Virus record (IMG/VR): IMGVR_UViG_3300044732_000643
Location: 6,726-70,725 of that record
DNA length: 64,000 nucleotides
Source: a virus
Direction: 5' to 3' (one strand)
A program made the position numbers and the translations under genes. How positions within the stretch are numbered: position 1 is the first letter of the stretch; the number at the start of each line of letters is the position of its first letter. A model generated the notes under the pieces. That model saw only the letters and a list, made by a program, of their open reading frames with translations. It was not told the DNA's origin and did not search any database. Shown piece after piece: positions 17,575 to 27,846 of the stretch.

Positions 17575-18242
17575 CAACTGTTGGAGAAGCAATAACAAGA
17601 GTCAGAGCCGCACTTAAAGCTGTAAAGGAGGATGCCTTCCTAACTGATAGGAATATCTACTTTGCTATAAGTAAATACGGAAAGACTCTTCTTAAGAGAG
17701 AAGACAACCAATACAGATTGATGAAGATCAGTTCATTGTTTTCTGTATTACCCTATGTAGAGCTTATAGATGTTGATAAAGTAGAAGCAGGTTGTACTGG
17801 GGTTTATTCTGGATGTTATTTCAAAAGAAGTAAAGAAAAGTTGCCCACTTTGTTTGATGGAGCTATGGGTCCTGTTATACGCTTGGTAAGTTCTATAGAT
17901 GGAACTACACAGTTGTTCAAGACAGAGAGACCTACCTTTGCATCTATGGCAAAGACCACAACATTCAAATATAATAAGAGACCGTACTTCTGGTACTTAG
18001 ATGGGTACTTGTATGTACCTAATGTAGATTGGGATGCTGTAAGAATAGAAGCTATCTTTGAAGGAAACACTTCTGATTTTCTTTGCCCTTCACCACAGTC
18101 TTGCGATCTTAAACAAACTTTACCATTGCCATTTCCTGACTATATTTTTTCAGAGATTGAGCAGTATGTAATTAAAGAATTTACAATTACCATGGGAATA
18201 CCAGTTGATGGTTCTGATGATAATCAAAACATACTTAGATAA
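17571..18242 (+). CDS. Tail ring/tubular protein
   Basis: 223 aa; ATGA overlap; YFWYLDGYLYVPN and AIFE motifs of crAss-like ring proteins; synteny. Confidence 0.6.
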   Translation: MTTVGEAITRVRAALKAVKEDAFLTDRNIYFAISKYGKTLLKREDNQYRLMKISSLFSVLPYVELIDVDKVEAGCTGVYSGCYFKRSKEKLPTLFDGAMGPVIRLVSSIDGTTQLFKTERPTFASMAKTTTFKYNKRPYFWYLDGYLYVPNVDWDAVRIEAIFEGNTSDFLCPSPQSCDLKQTLPLPFPDYIFSEIEQYVIKEFTITMGIPVDGSDDNQNILR

Positions 18243-19282
18243 TGGACTTTAACTACACATTCAAATACAGAACATTTGATGAGTTACTCAATGATGTTCT
18301 TGTAGACTTTCAGGTATTCTCATTGGAGAACATGATTGATCCGCAAACCCTTATTAAAGTTGCTAGAAGACTTAACTATGATTTGGGCTTAAGAATCAAT
18401 CAAACCAAAGAAGTGATATTAGATGTAGAACATGGTAAAGTAAAACTACCAGATGACTTCTATACATTTAATTATGCATTAGTGTGTGGAGAATATTCAG
18501 TTGCTGTAGGCAATGATATGGGCGGAACTAACATTCAAGAGGTTCCTTACAGAGAGGTTCCTGCAAATCCTGATGTTTGTGCAGCACCTACAGTAAACTG
18601 TTCTACTTGTAATGCTAATCCCTGTAATCATACAGCGGCTTGTTCTGGTGCCGTAAGACCACCAGACAATTATCTTCCGGGAGAGTATGACCCTAATAGT
18701 CCTTTTGGTAATACATGTATAAGACCACGCGTGTTTATGAACTGTAAAGGTGACCAGTATGAGTTAATCCAAGTTGTAAAGCCTGGAGTAACTCGTACAT
18801 TTAGGGTGCTTATCCCTTTAAGAATGAAGCCTAGTCAGAATATAGATTGTCAGTGTCCTAATCTTTACTGGAATGCTCCAAATGAAGGTTGGCTTAAAAA
18901 TGGTTTTCTATTCACTACATTTCAAACAGGGAAAGTATATCTAAACTTTCAAGGCCAGATGGAAGATGATGATGGTAACTTAATGGTTCCAGATCATGAT
19001 CTTCTTAATGATTACTATGAGTATGCTTTGAAACAAAGAATACTAGAGAACCTCTTCATGAATGGTGAAGATGTGTCACAAAGAATTCAGCTTATAGAGC
19101 CTAGAGTAAGGGCAGCAAGAAATCAAGCGCTTACTTTAGTGAATACTCCAAACTTTGAAGAAATGAAAAGGCTGTGGTGGGCTAACCGTAAAGCACAATA
19201 TGGTAAGTACTATGACATGTTTAAGAGTCATCCTATTGACCCAGCTTATTTTAGATATTATACAGGATCAAGAGTAATATGA
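18242..19282 (+). CDS. Tail ring/tubular protein with Cys-rich insertion
   Basis: 346 aa; TAATG coupling; GKVKLPDDF, TFQTGKVYLNF, DDDGNLMVPD motifs; directly precedes the muzzle gene. Confidence 0.6.
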   Translation: MDFNYTFKYRTFDELLNDVLVDFQVFSLENMIDPQTLIKVARRLNYDLGLRINQTKEVILDVEHGKVKLPDDFYTFNYALVCGEYSVAVGNDMGGTNIQEVPYREVPANPDVCAAPTVNCSTCNANPCNHTAACSGAVRPPDNYLPGEYDPNSPFGNTCIRPRVFMNCKGDQYELIQVVKPGVTRTFRVLIPLRMKPSQNIDCQCPNLYWNAPNEGWLKNGFLFTTFQTGKVYLNFQGQMEDDDGNLMVPDHDLLNDYYEYALKQRILENLFMNGEDVSQRIQLIEPRVRAARNQALTLVNTPNFEEMKRLWWANRKAQYGKYYDMFKSHPIDPAYFRYYTGSRVI

Positions 19283-19283
19283 T

Positions 19284-22200
19284 ATGGCTAAAGAATCACA
19301 AGGTATTGATCAGAATCAATTAAACACTTTTGTTAAAGGTCTCAATAAAGATCTTGATCCGTCATTTGTAGCAGAAGGTATGTGGACGCATGCGCGTAAC
19401 GCTACTAACAACACAAGAGAAGGTGATGCCGGCAGTTTATCTAATGAACCCGGAAATGTTTATTGTACAGAAGCAGGTGCTACATTAACAGGAATTAAGT
19501 ACATCATAGGTACTATACATTTATTTAGTGATAAGTGGATTCTATTTACTGTAGTTTATCAGAGTGAAGCCTCTAACCTTATAACGGGATGTGAGATTGG
19601 TTTACTTGAAGAATCAAGTTGTAATTATAGAATAATTGTACAAGACACTTGTTTAGCATTTAGCAAATGGAACTTGATTACGGGAGCAGCAAGAAAAGTA
19701 AATGATTGTTCTTGGCAAGTGTATTGGGCGGATGGAAAAAATCCAGACCGCTATATGAATATTGGTGACCCACAAACTTGGCCAACTAATGACTATCAAT
19801 GGGTAGGTAATAATCAATACTCTAATGGACCAAGCACAATTCAATGGCCTGGTGTTGCATGGAAACAACTATGCCATACAGATAATGGTTGTCAACAAAC
19901 AGAACCTGATGTATGGCCTATAGGCTGCCCAGGACTTTATGATTGTATTACATGTGTAGATACTTCTGCATTAGACTGTGATGAGCTTAGACTATCACGT
20001 CTAATGCAGACACCTTGTATACAAGTATCCCCAGGAAAAGCTGGAGGTAATTTAAGAAATGGTTCTTACATGGCTTTAATAGCCTATGCTATTCAAGGAA
20101 CTAAAGTAACAGACTTCTTCTCACCCAGCAACGTACAGCCAATTTGGTATAACAATGAAACTACAGGTGCCCTAGAGATTGACATACAAGCAGATCAAGT
20201 ACACTTTGATGAGTTCATACTAATCATAGTAGCTACAGTGAATCAAGCTGCTGTTGCAAAACAGGTAGGTATATATTCTACTAGTACTACAAAGATCTAT
20301 TTAGATCAAATCAAAGAAGATATTCCAGCATACCCGCTTGAGCAGTTACCTATACAAACACCGGTATATGAAACATCAGATCAAATCCTTGAAGTAAACA
20401 ATTACTTATTAAAAGTAGGACCTACTACAAAGTTTGATTTTAACTACCAGCCGTTAGCTAACCTGATTAAAACTAATTGGGTATCTGTAGAATATCCCTC
20501 TGACTATTATACTAAAGGAGGATACAAGCCAAGTTACTTACGCGATGAGGTATATGCATTCTTTATTAGATGGGTCTATAACACCGGAGATAAATCTGCA
20601 GCATATCATATTCCAGGTAGAGCGCCAAAAAAAGATTATATTGTTCCATGTACTGGACAAGAAGTGGCTGAGACAGATCTTGCCACAGGACCAAATACTT
20701 TGTTTGATCCTGAAAGAATCTTTGAAGTATATAACACAGCTTCAATAACATCACAACCTCCAGCATTTGGACCAGGAGCTGAGTTTTTACCAGACGGTGG
20801 TCAAGTTGTTGCAAGAGGTCAAATGGGTTATTGGGAATCTACTGAAAGATATCCTGACAAACAACCTAATATCTGGAACTCAACTGTACATTGCTGGACA
20901 AATGAAACTAATATAGACTATGATCTATGTGGTAAACCAATCAGACATCACAAGTTTCCAGATACAGGTGTAGGTAATGCTGGACAAGCGGCAGCACTTT
21001 CTCACTTTAGAAAGAATACATCAAACGGGGATACCTACATCAGAATCATGGGTGTAGAGTTTAATGGTATCATTTGCCCAAAAGATAATAATGGTCAAGA
21101 CATCCCCAATATTGTAGGGTATGAAATCTTAAGAGGTTCAAGAGAAGGTAACAAAAGTATAGTAGCTAAGGGAATGTTGAATAACATGCGCCCTTATAAC
21201 ATTAATGGACAGGATACAAACAACTCAAGTAGAAGAAGAGGTCTTTATCCTAACCATCCATTTAATACAATCAAACCTCCAAATCCACAGAATAGCCAGG
21301 AATATGGAGTACTTAATCCGGGTAACCAGATTAATGATCCTTACATAAGAGTAGTGGATGATGAAGGTGAACGCGTGAATGTGAAACTGAATGATATGCC
21401 TAAAAACATCATGACGTTTCATTCACCAGATACTAACTTTAAGAATCCTTATATATCTACTCCAGAGTTAAAGATATACGGTAATATCAGAGGCACTGCT
21501 ACACAGAGTTTTGTACAACCTGAGAAACATCCACAGAATAAACTTATAAGTAACTATGCTGCTTATCTATCATTTATGGGTGGTGCTGTGGAAGCTCTCA
21601 TATCTTTACTTGGTCAAAGACATACAACAAATTCTGGACCTGGATACACAAGAAAGTTTGGACCAGACTATGAACAAGAAGAAATTGGAGGAGGTAGTGG
21701 TGACATGAGCTTTAACTTCTTTGGTGCCTGGAGTCCTATATTTGGTTCACAAACTGGATCTGGTAGTGGTGACTGGTCAGACTTAGAAGGTAATGCTGGA
21801 GTTACTGAAGAAGATGAATACACAGAGAATGGTACAGATGATAATACTGATGACTTTGTAGGGACAGAAGGTGATCCTACTGCAAACCCACCTACTCCAG
21901 CATCAGGGCCATTAGCAGTTTATAATGAGGCTTGGTCTAATTACTGGAATGATGGAGGCTCATGGGATGAAGCATTTGATCCTGATGGTACATCCTTGTC
22001 AGATATCTACGATAACTTTAATGATGAGGGCGGTTTTTTCCGTGGAGGTTACTATACGCCACCAAGTCAAACTTCAGATGTATCAAAGTTTCAGTACTTC
22101 AAAGGTTCACCTTTACAAACAGCTTTATCTCTAGTAGGTGTATTAAATCCTTTGTTGTATTATTTCTCTGAAGGGGCTAGTATTACATTAGATATTATCT

Positions 22201-24926
22201 ATGCACTACTTCCATTTAGACAATATGCTCTGCAACTACAGGCGCATGGGTTCTATGATACTTTTGTAGCCCAAGCTTGTAACTCAGATTTCCGTTTTAA
22301 AATAGAAGATTCATTTTACTTAAAGGATTCAATTCAGGATGCAAAACCGTATTTTGACGGGGAACAGAAGTATTATAGAATCAACAACCTTAAAAGACAA
22401 ACAACTTTTGTAATACGTACAGTAGATGGTGATGACAATGATACGGGCCCTGATTATATTACTGACTCAACTTCTGTGTCAGGTTATGCAGATACATCTT
22501 TAGTAACTATAGGAACTGCAATTAATAATCAATTGGCTCCTGCACCATCCTTACCGGCAGGTGGAAACCTATTTGATGACAAACATAATAATGAAAGTTT
22601 TAATACAAATATAGCAAGTCACTATGCAGGATTAAAGTATAGAATTCAAAACCAGTATGGTCAACTAGATTCAATTAAGTTAATCCCAATTACACCTTGT
22701 GAACAAGATATTCCAGATGTAGATATTACTGTAACTAGTACTTTCTGTACAGGATACAATTACTATAATGAACCTTTCCAATACCAGCTTAAATTAAAAG
22801 TACTGCCTCCTACTATATCTTTGTTCAATGGTGATACTTATATCAATAGATACACAGAAAAGAACACAATGTTCTTCTTCTATGATTGGTTGTATGGCCA
22901 GCCAGATGGTGTAGAGTTTAATTATTTAAACCGTCAGATGCTTCCTGAACCTAGATTCTGGATGAACTCTGCACGGTATGAAGTAAGTACTTTGTTTACA
23001 GATCCTACTACATGGCTTACTAACGTCAATGGTATTATGCCGGGTACTGGAGTCTTACCAAGAGGCTTCTATAATTTAGATCATGCTCCACCAGCAACAA
23101 CAGCATGGTTGGCAGGTTTACTTCCACCACAGGGATACAATTATTCTAATGACAACTCTGGAGATACACCAGGTATATGCGGAGTAAAAGAATCTTACTT
23201 CTATTTAGCTACTTCATCTGTCAGAGACTTCTTTGTTGAGAGTGATGTAATAGTAGACTTTAGAATAGCAGGGGATGAACAGTGGCAGAAGTTTTACAAT
23301 CCATATGAGTTTACGGATCTAAAGACTTTATTTAACATGAACCCTGATATTATTCAGAGAGGTAACTACTATAGATATGATTACTCATTGAGTATATCAA
23401 AACTATTTACTCAGTACTTCTCACAGGGTAACTTACAGTCAAGGTATTACAACCCAGCAGTAGCTAAGCTTTGCTACACCTATTATCCAAATAGAATCTT
23501 GTATTCTTTACCACAGAATGAGGAGGCTTCAATAGATACATGGTCATTATTCCTTACTAATAACTATAAGGATTTCACCGATAATATATCAGGAGTAAAG
23601 AACTTTGCAAAGACGGGTGTCTTCATAACATTTAAGAACTCTAGCCCATTAGTATTCCAGGGTAATGATCAACTTGAAACAATGTCTGGTACTAAAGTAA
23701 CTTTGGGAGACGGTGTAGTGTTTGCACAAACACCACAGGCTATTGTAATAGCGGATAAACCATATGAGTATGGTTCATCACAAAGTAGCAGAAGTGTAAT
23801 ATCCACACCAGCCGGTTTATTCTATATGTCACAAAACCAAGGTAAGGTCTTTACTTATGCTGATGGATTGAATGAGATATCACAGAATGGTCTTAAGTGG
23901 TGGTTTACTATTTTCATGCCTTACAAGCTTACAGAAGACTTTCCAGACTATCCGCATCTAAACAATCCGGTAGCCGGAATAGGATGTCAATCAATCTATG
24001 ACAGTCAAAACTCTATTGTCTATTTCTGTAAGAAAGATTACAGACTTAAAGAGCAGTTTAGAGGTCAGATAACATATGATGAACTGTTTAATACATTTAG
24101 AATAGGTAAGGTTCCAATTCAAGTGGGTCACCCTGATTTCTTTGATGATGCATCTTGGACAGTAAGTTATGATCCAAAGTCTCAGTTCTTTATTTCATTC
24201 CATGACTGGCACCCGGATTTACTTATACCAACAAAGACAAACTTTTTAAGTACGCAGAAGGGAACCTTGTGGACACATAATCAATCATGTACATCATACT
24301 GTACATACTATGGGGAGGACAAACCTTTTGAAATAGAGTTTCCTATTATTACAGGACAGACTGTAGTTACTAAGAGAAGTATAGAATATATTTTAGAATG
24401 CTATAAACGTTCTGACTATAACTGTGTTGACCAGTTTCAGGTACTTGACTTTAACTTTGACGGAGCCGTAGTATTTAATGCAGAACAAGTTTCAGGATAT
24501 CTTAATCTTAATATCTTCCCTAAGAACAATGTGACACTAAGTCTGCAGTATCCACAGGTTAATCTTAACTCTATAGATATCTTATTCTCTAAAGAAGAGA
24601 ACAAGTATAGATTTAATCAGTTCTGGGACATTACAAGAGACCGTGGTGAATTCCCTACAGGATCTAACTATCCTCCAACAGGACCAGTTATTCCAGGTAC
24701 TACTGTTTTACAAGGACCCTACACTGAAGAGTTCCTATGGTTAACAGAACCTAACGGATATATCAAGTCATTAAATCCGGCAAATCTGGATTACTTAAAG
24801 CCTGAACTACAAAGAAAAAAGTTCAGACATTATATTAATTTCTTAAATTTATCCAGATCTGTCTCAGGTAATACGAACATGGTACTCAAGATAGTAAACA
24901 GTAAGAACATAATATCACCAAGATAA
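19284..24926 (+). CDS. Muzzle / tail stabilisation protein (P22 gp10-like position in crAss-like phages)
   Basis: 1880 aa; N-terminal NTFVKGLNKDLDP...ARNA, YLRDEVYAFFI, IRHHKFP, GDTYI, WTVSY...ISFHDWHP motifs typical of crAss-like tail stabilisation proteins. Confidence 0.75.
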   Translation: MAKESQGIDQNQLNTFVKGLNKDLDPSFVAEGMWTHARNATNNTREGDAGSLSNEPGNVYCTEAGATLTGIKYIIGTIHLFSDKWILFTVVYQSEASNLITGCEIGLLEESSCNYRIIVQDTCLAFSKWNLITGAARKVNDCSWQVYWADGKNPDRYMNIGDPQTWPTNDYQWVGNNQYSNGPSTIQWPGVAWKQLCHTDNGCQQTEPDVWPIGCPGLYDCITCVDTSALDCDELRLSRLMQTPCIQVSPGKAGGNLRNGSYMALIAYAIQGTKVTDFFSPSNVQPIWYNNETTGALEIDIQADQVHFDEFILIIVATVNQAAVAKQVGIYSTSTTKIYLDQIKEDIPAYPLEQLPIQTPVYETSDQILEVNNYLLKVGPTTKFDFNYQPLANLIKTNWVSVEYPSDYYTKGGYKPSYLRDEVYAFFIRWVYNTGDKSAAYHIPGRAPKKDYIVPCTGQEVAETDLATGPNTLFDPERIFEVYNTASITSQPPAFGPGAEFLPDGGQVVARGQMGYWESTERYPDKQPNIWNSTVHCWTNETNIDYDLCGKPIRHHKFPDTGVGNAGQAAALSHFRKNTSNGDTYIRIMGVEFNGIICPKDNNGQDIPNIVGYEILRGSREGNKSIVAKGMLNNMRPYNINGQDTNNSSRRRGLYPNHPFNTIKPPNPQNSQEYGVLNPGNQINDPYIRVVDDEGERVNVKLNDMPKNIMTFHSPDTNFKNPYISTPELKIYGNIRGTATQSFVQPEKHPQNKLISNYAAYLSFMGGAVEALISLLGQRHTTNSGPGYTRKFGPDYEQEEIGGGSGDMSFNFFGAWSPIFGSQTGSGSGDWSDLEGNAGVTEEDEYTENGTDDNTDDFVGTEGDPTANPPTPASGPLAVYNEAWSNYWNDGGSWDEAFDPDGTSLSDIYDNFNDEGGFFRGGYYTPPSQTSDVSKFQYFKGSPLQTALSLVGVLNPLLYYFSEGASITLDIIYALLPFRQYALQLQAHGFYDTFVAQACNSDFRFKIEDSFYLKDSIQDAKPYFDGEQKYYRINNLKRQTTFVIRTVDGDDNDTGPDYITDSTSVSGYADTSLVTIGTAINNQLAPAPSLPAGGNLFDDKHNNESFNTNIASHYAGLKYRIQNQYGQLDSIKLIPITPCEQDIPDVDITVTSTFCTGYNYYNEPFQYQLKLKVLPPTISLFNGDTYINRYTEKNTMFFFYDWLYGQPDGVEFNYLNRQMLPEPRFWMNSARYEVSTLFTDPTTWLTNVNGIMPGTGVLPRGFYNLDHAPPATTAWLAGLLPPQGYNYSNDNSGDTPGICGVKESYFYLATSSVRDFFVESDVIVDFRIAGDEQWQKFYNPYEFTDLKTLFNMNPDIIQRGNYYRYDYSLSISKLFTQYFSQGNLQSRYYNPAVAKLCYTYYPNRILYSLPQNEEASIDTWSLFLTNNYKDFTDNISGVKNFAKTGVFITFKNSSPLVFQGNDQLETMSGTKVTLGDGVVFAQTPQAIVIADKPYEYGSSQSSRSVISTPAGLFYMSQNQGKVFTYADGLNEISQNGLKWWFTIFMPYKLTEDFPDYPHLNNPVAGIGCQSIYDSQNSIVYFCKKDYRLKEQFRGQITYDELFNTFRIGKVPIQVGHPDFFDDASWTVSYDPKSQFFISFHDWHPDLLIPTKTNFLSTQKGTLWTHNQSCTSYCTYYGEDKPFEIEFPIITGQTVVTKRSIEYILECYKRSDYNCVDQFQVLDFNFDGAVVFNAEQVSGYLNLNIFPKNNVTLSLQYPQVNLNSIDILFSKEENKYRFNQFWDITRDRGEFPTGSNYPPTGPVIPGTTVLQGPYTEEFLWLTEPNGYIKSLNPANLDYLKPELQRKKFRHYINFLNLSRSVSGNTNMVLKIVNSKNIISPR

Positions 24927-27844
24927 TGTATAATAAGCGCTCCTTATCTAAAGATACTAAAGCTTCTAAAGCTCCTAAGAGTATATCTAAACCAAAAGAT
25001 ATTATACTAGACCCTATGGGTCAATGGAAATACCCTGGACAGAACACGAGAATCCCGGGGAATGATATTACTATGCAGGGAGTAAACTATCCTGTACTGG
25101 GTGTAGGTTCTAATGGTCAACAGCAAATGATGTACCCTGGCCAAGACTATAAGTTTCAAGGTGCAGAATATGTAGATGAATATCCGCAGATGAAAAAAGG
25201 AGGTGGCTTAAAATCTAAGAAGTATTCAAGAGACTTAGAAGCTACTAACTATCTGTTTCATGAGTCACCTTTATTTAAGAAACCTAAGTCTAAGAAGAAA
25301 AAGATCTATCATCCAAAGGCTAAACATTATCAAGAAGGCGGAACACCGTATAACTACAACCCATATGTTTCTAATGAACCAGAAGTAGAGGAAACACCAA
25401 GAGAATTTAATCCAATAAGAACTGAAAATGATCCGGAAGACTATCAGCAGTTCTTAGATTATTCTAATACAGCTCCTGAAAATAGAAGACCGGGTGAAAA
25501 CTATACTTACGGTAACTCTAATGATTATGACCATTATGGTATGTGGGATGCATTGGGTAAACCACAGAACTTTAATCAAGCATTAGAAACAAACCCATGG
25601 TGGCAACCTGATGAGTATGACCAAATGTACCACGGCTTTAGTGTTAATCCTAACACAGGAGTATTTCTTAAGTCAGGTAAACCTGGAATGAAACCCGGGG
25701 ATACTACATGGATGGAAGTAAAAGACCATTACCTTAGTGATAGATCTAACTCAAGCAACCTTACATTTAATCCTGACATCAATAGATTCCAGTACACACC
25801 TAATGAGAACTATATAGAAACAGAACTTACACCAGAAGAAATACAGCAGTATAAAGATGGTGGGTACATAGTAGAAGAGTTGAATGACTATAAAGCAGGT
25901 GGTGCTTTACTTACTAAGAAAGTAACATGTAAAAAGTGTGGTTGGAAATGGGATGCTGCAGATGGTGGTGATGATGTTACTACATGTCATAAGTGTGGTG
26001 GTCAAGGATTAATACATGCTCAGAGAGGAATAACTGTTAGCTCTCTTAATGATCCAAGACTATTGGCTTATAATGATAGCTTACAAATATTCAATGCTTC
26101 AAATAAAGGTTTGAACACTATTGCTAGAGGTGCTTATCCTGAAGATGTTTATGGTAATTTTATACACACTTTTAAAAGAGATAATTCTACATCAGATGAT
26201 GATTATATTGGTCCAAGATCAAGAATAAGAATGGAACCAAGTGGCTATGCAGGAGGAGATTATGCTTTCCCAATGTTTGATAAACCTAAAGTTAAAGTAA
26301 CTTATCAAGAACCTATACCAGAATTAAAAGTTAGACCACTTGACTCTGGAATTCCTGCATCAGCTAACGAGATTACTCCATTGAACTTAGGTATGCCAGT
26401 AAATAAGCCTACAACAATTGAGGCAGAAGACATAAGTAGTAAAATACCTATCTACAAGGAAGTAGTAGACTATGGATATTATTCTGATGGAACACCTTAT
26501 ATAAAAGGACGTAAACAAGTAATTGTAGGTTATGAAAATGTAGGTGGTAAGAATTACAAACGTGTACCTCTTGATCAAAAATCAATGAGAGGTTATAAAA
26601 AAGGTGGGCTTGTTAAAGCTCAGAATGGTAAATCATTTGGTGTGACTCAAGGTAACTATGGTAATACTTACTATGTCCATCCTGATAGACCTAATAGTAT
26701 ATATGTTAAAGAGGATGGTAAGTGGCTTATTAAAAATAGCAGCACAGGTTTTTATTTTGAACCAATTAAAGATCCAAAAGGAGAAAGAACAAAGAACTTA
26801 AACAAAAATGCAGTTAAGGCAACTCCCTTTCAAGTTGCTAGATTGGATAATTTAAGCCCTTATGAAAATCAAAGACAAAGTCAACATGTAGCAAATGTTG
26901 CAGGTGGTATGGATCCTAAGAAGTCTGAAAAACAACTTAGGAGTTCTATGGAAAAAGCAACATTTGACTACTGGTTTGAAACAGATGATTCTCAAATGCA
27001 AGGTAATGATGTTGCTAACGCAAAACAACTTTATGATAAAGGACTAAGTTTTCATGAAGGTTGGATGAATTCTCCAATGTATAAAAAAATGTTAGCTAAT
27101 TCTATAAGCAAAGATGAATCTAAAATAGGTGAACAAAGAATAAAGAATTTTAATACAATTCCAAATCTACTTTTTGAAAAACAACCTGAAGATGAACCCC
27201 GTACTGGGGGTTTCTCAATGAGCAATAATGGACAAATTGTTATTCTTCCATATGGAGCGGGTGTAGCAGATTTATCGGGTCATGAACTAAGTCATTCAAT
27301 TGATAGACCTGATTACACTACAAGTGTAAATAGATTAATTCCTCAAGCTGATATAAATTATATTCAAAATGCTACACCAACTCTTAATAACACTCCTAGG
27401 TGGAAAGATTATTCTCCTGATTGGCAACAACTAATTCTCAAGGATTCAGGATATCTACAAAAAGAACAGGATTGGATAGACTATGTATCAGAGCCAACTG
27501 AGGTCAGGGCCCGTCTTAATGCCATCAGAGCTACGGCAAAAGAGTCAGGTACATATGATCCCTTTACGCAAGAAGTAACTCCTGAGATATATGAGATGTT
27601 ACAAAATATGAATTATGGTACTGAAGAAAAGGAAGGTTTCCATCCTTTAAACCAGTTAAAAGATATATACTCGGATGAGCAAATTATGGAAATGTTAAAT
27701 ACCATTTCTAAGAATGATAACTCTTCTGGTGACCAATTAAACATGGCTAAACTAGGAGGTATGACTATGGGCCAGGAAGTAGACTTAACTCCAGAGCAAG
27801 AAGCTTACTTAAGAAAACTAGGATACAAACTTGAAAGAATATAA
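24926..27844 (+). CDS. Modular virion cargo protein with Zn ribbon and C-terminal zincin (HELSH)
   Basis: 972 aa; cassettes separated by MKKGG, HYQEGG, YKAGG, HAQRG, YKKGG, KAQNG, MAKLGG; CKKC...CHKC; HELSH at 27281-27295 followed by PTEVRAR. Confidence 0.7.
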   Translation: MYNKRSLSKDTKASKAPKSISKPKDIILDPMGQWKYPGQNTRIPGNDITMQGVNYPVLGVGSNGQQQMMYPGQDYKFQGAEYVDEYPQMKKGGGLKSKKYSRDLEATNYLFHESPLFKKPKSKKKKIYHPKAKHYQEGGTPYNYNPYVSNEPEVEETPREFNPIRTENDPEDYQQFLDYSNTAPENRRPGENYTYGNSNDYDHYGMWDALGKPQNFNQALETNPWWQPDEYDQMYHGFSVNPNTGVFLKSGKPGMKPGDTTWMEVKDHYLSDRSNSSNLTFNPDINRFQYTPNENYIETELTPEEIQQYKDGGYIVEELNDYKAGGALLTKKVTCKKCGWKWDAADGGDDVTTCHKCGGQGLIHAQRGITVSSLNDPRLLAYNDSLQIFNASNKGLNTIARGAYPEDVYGNFIHTFKRDNSTSDDDYIGPRSRIRMEPSGYAGGDYAFPMFDKPKVKVTYQEPIPELKVRPLDSGIPASANEITPLNLGMPVNKPTTIEAEDISSKIPIYKEVVDYGYYSDGTPYIKGRKQVIVGYENVGGKNYKRVPLDQKSMRGYKKGGLVKAQNGKSFGVTQGNYGNTYYVHPDRPNSIYVKEDGKWLIKNSSTGFYFEPIKDPKGERTKNLNKNAVKATPFQVARLDNLSPYENQRQSQHVANVAGGMDPKKSEKQLRSSMEKATFDYWFETDDSQMQGNDVANAKQLYDKGLSFHEGWMNSPMYKKMLANSISKDESKIGEQRIKNFNTIPNLLFEKQPEDEPRTGGFSMSNNGQIVILPYGAGVADLSGHELSHSIDRPDYTTSVNRLIPQADINYIQNATPTLNNTPRWKDYSPDWQQLILKDSGYLQKEQDWIDYVSEPTEVRARLNAIRATAKESGTYDPFTQEVTPEIYEMLQNMNYGTEEKEGFHPLNQLKDIYSDEQIMEMLNTISKNDNSSGDQLNMAKLGGMTMGQEVDLTPEQEAYLRKLGYKLERI

Positions 27845-27846
27845 CA

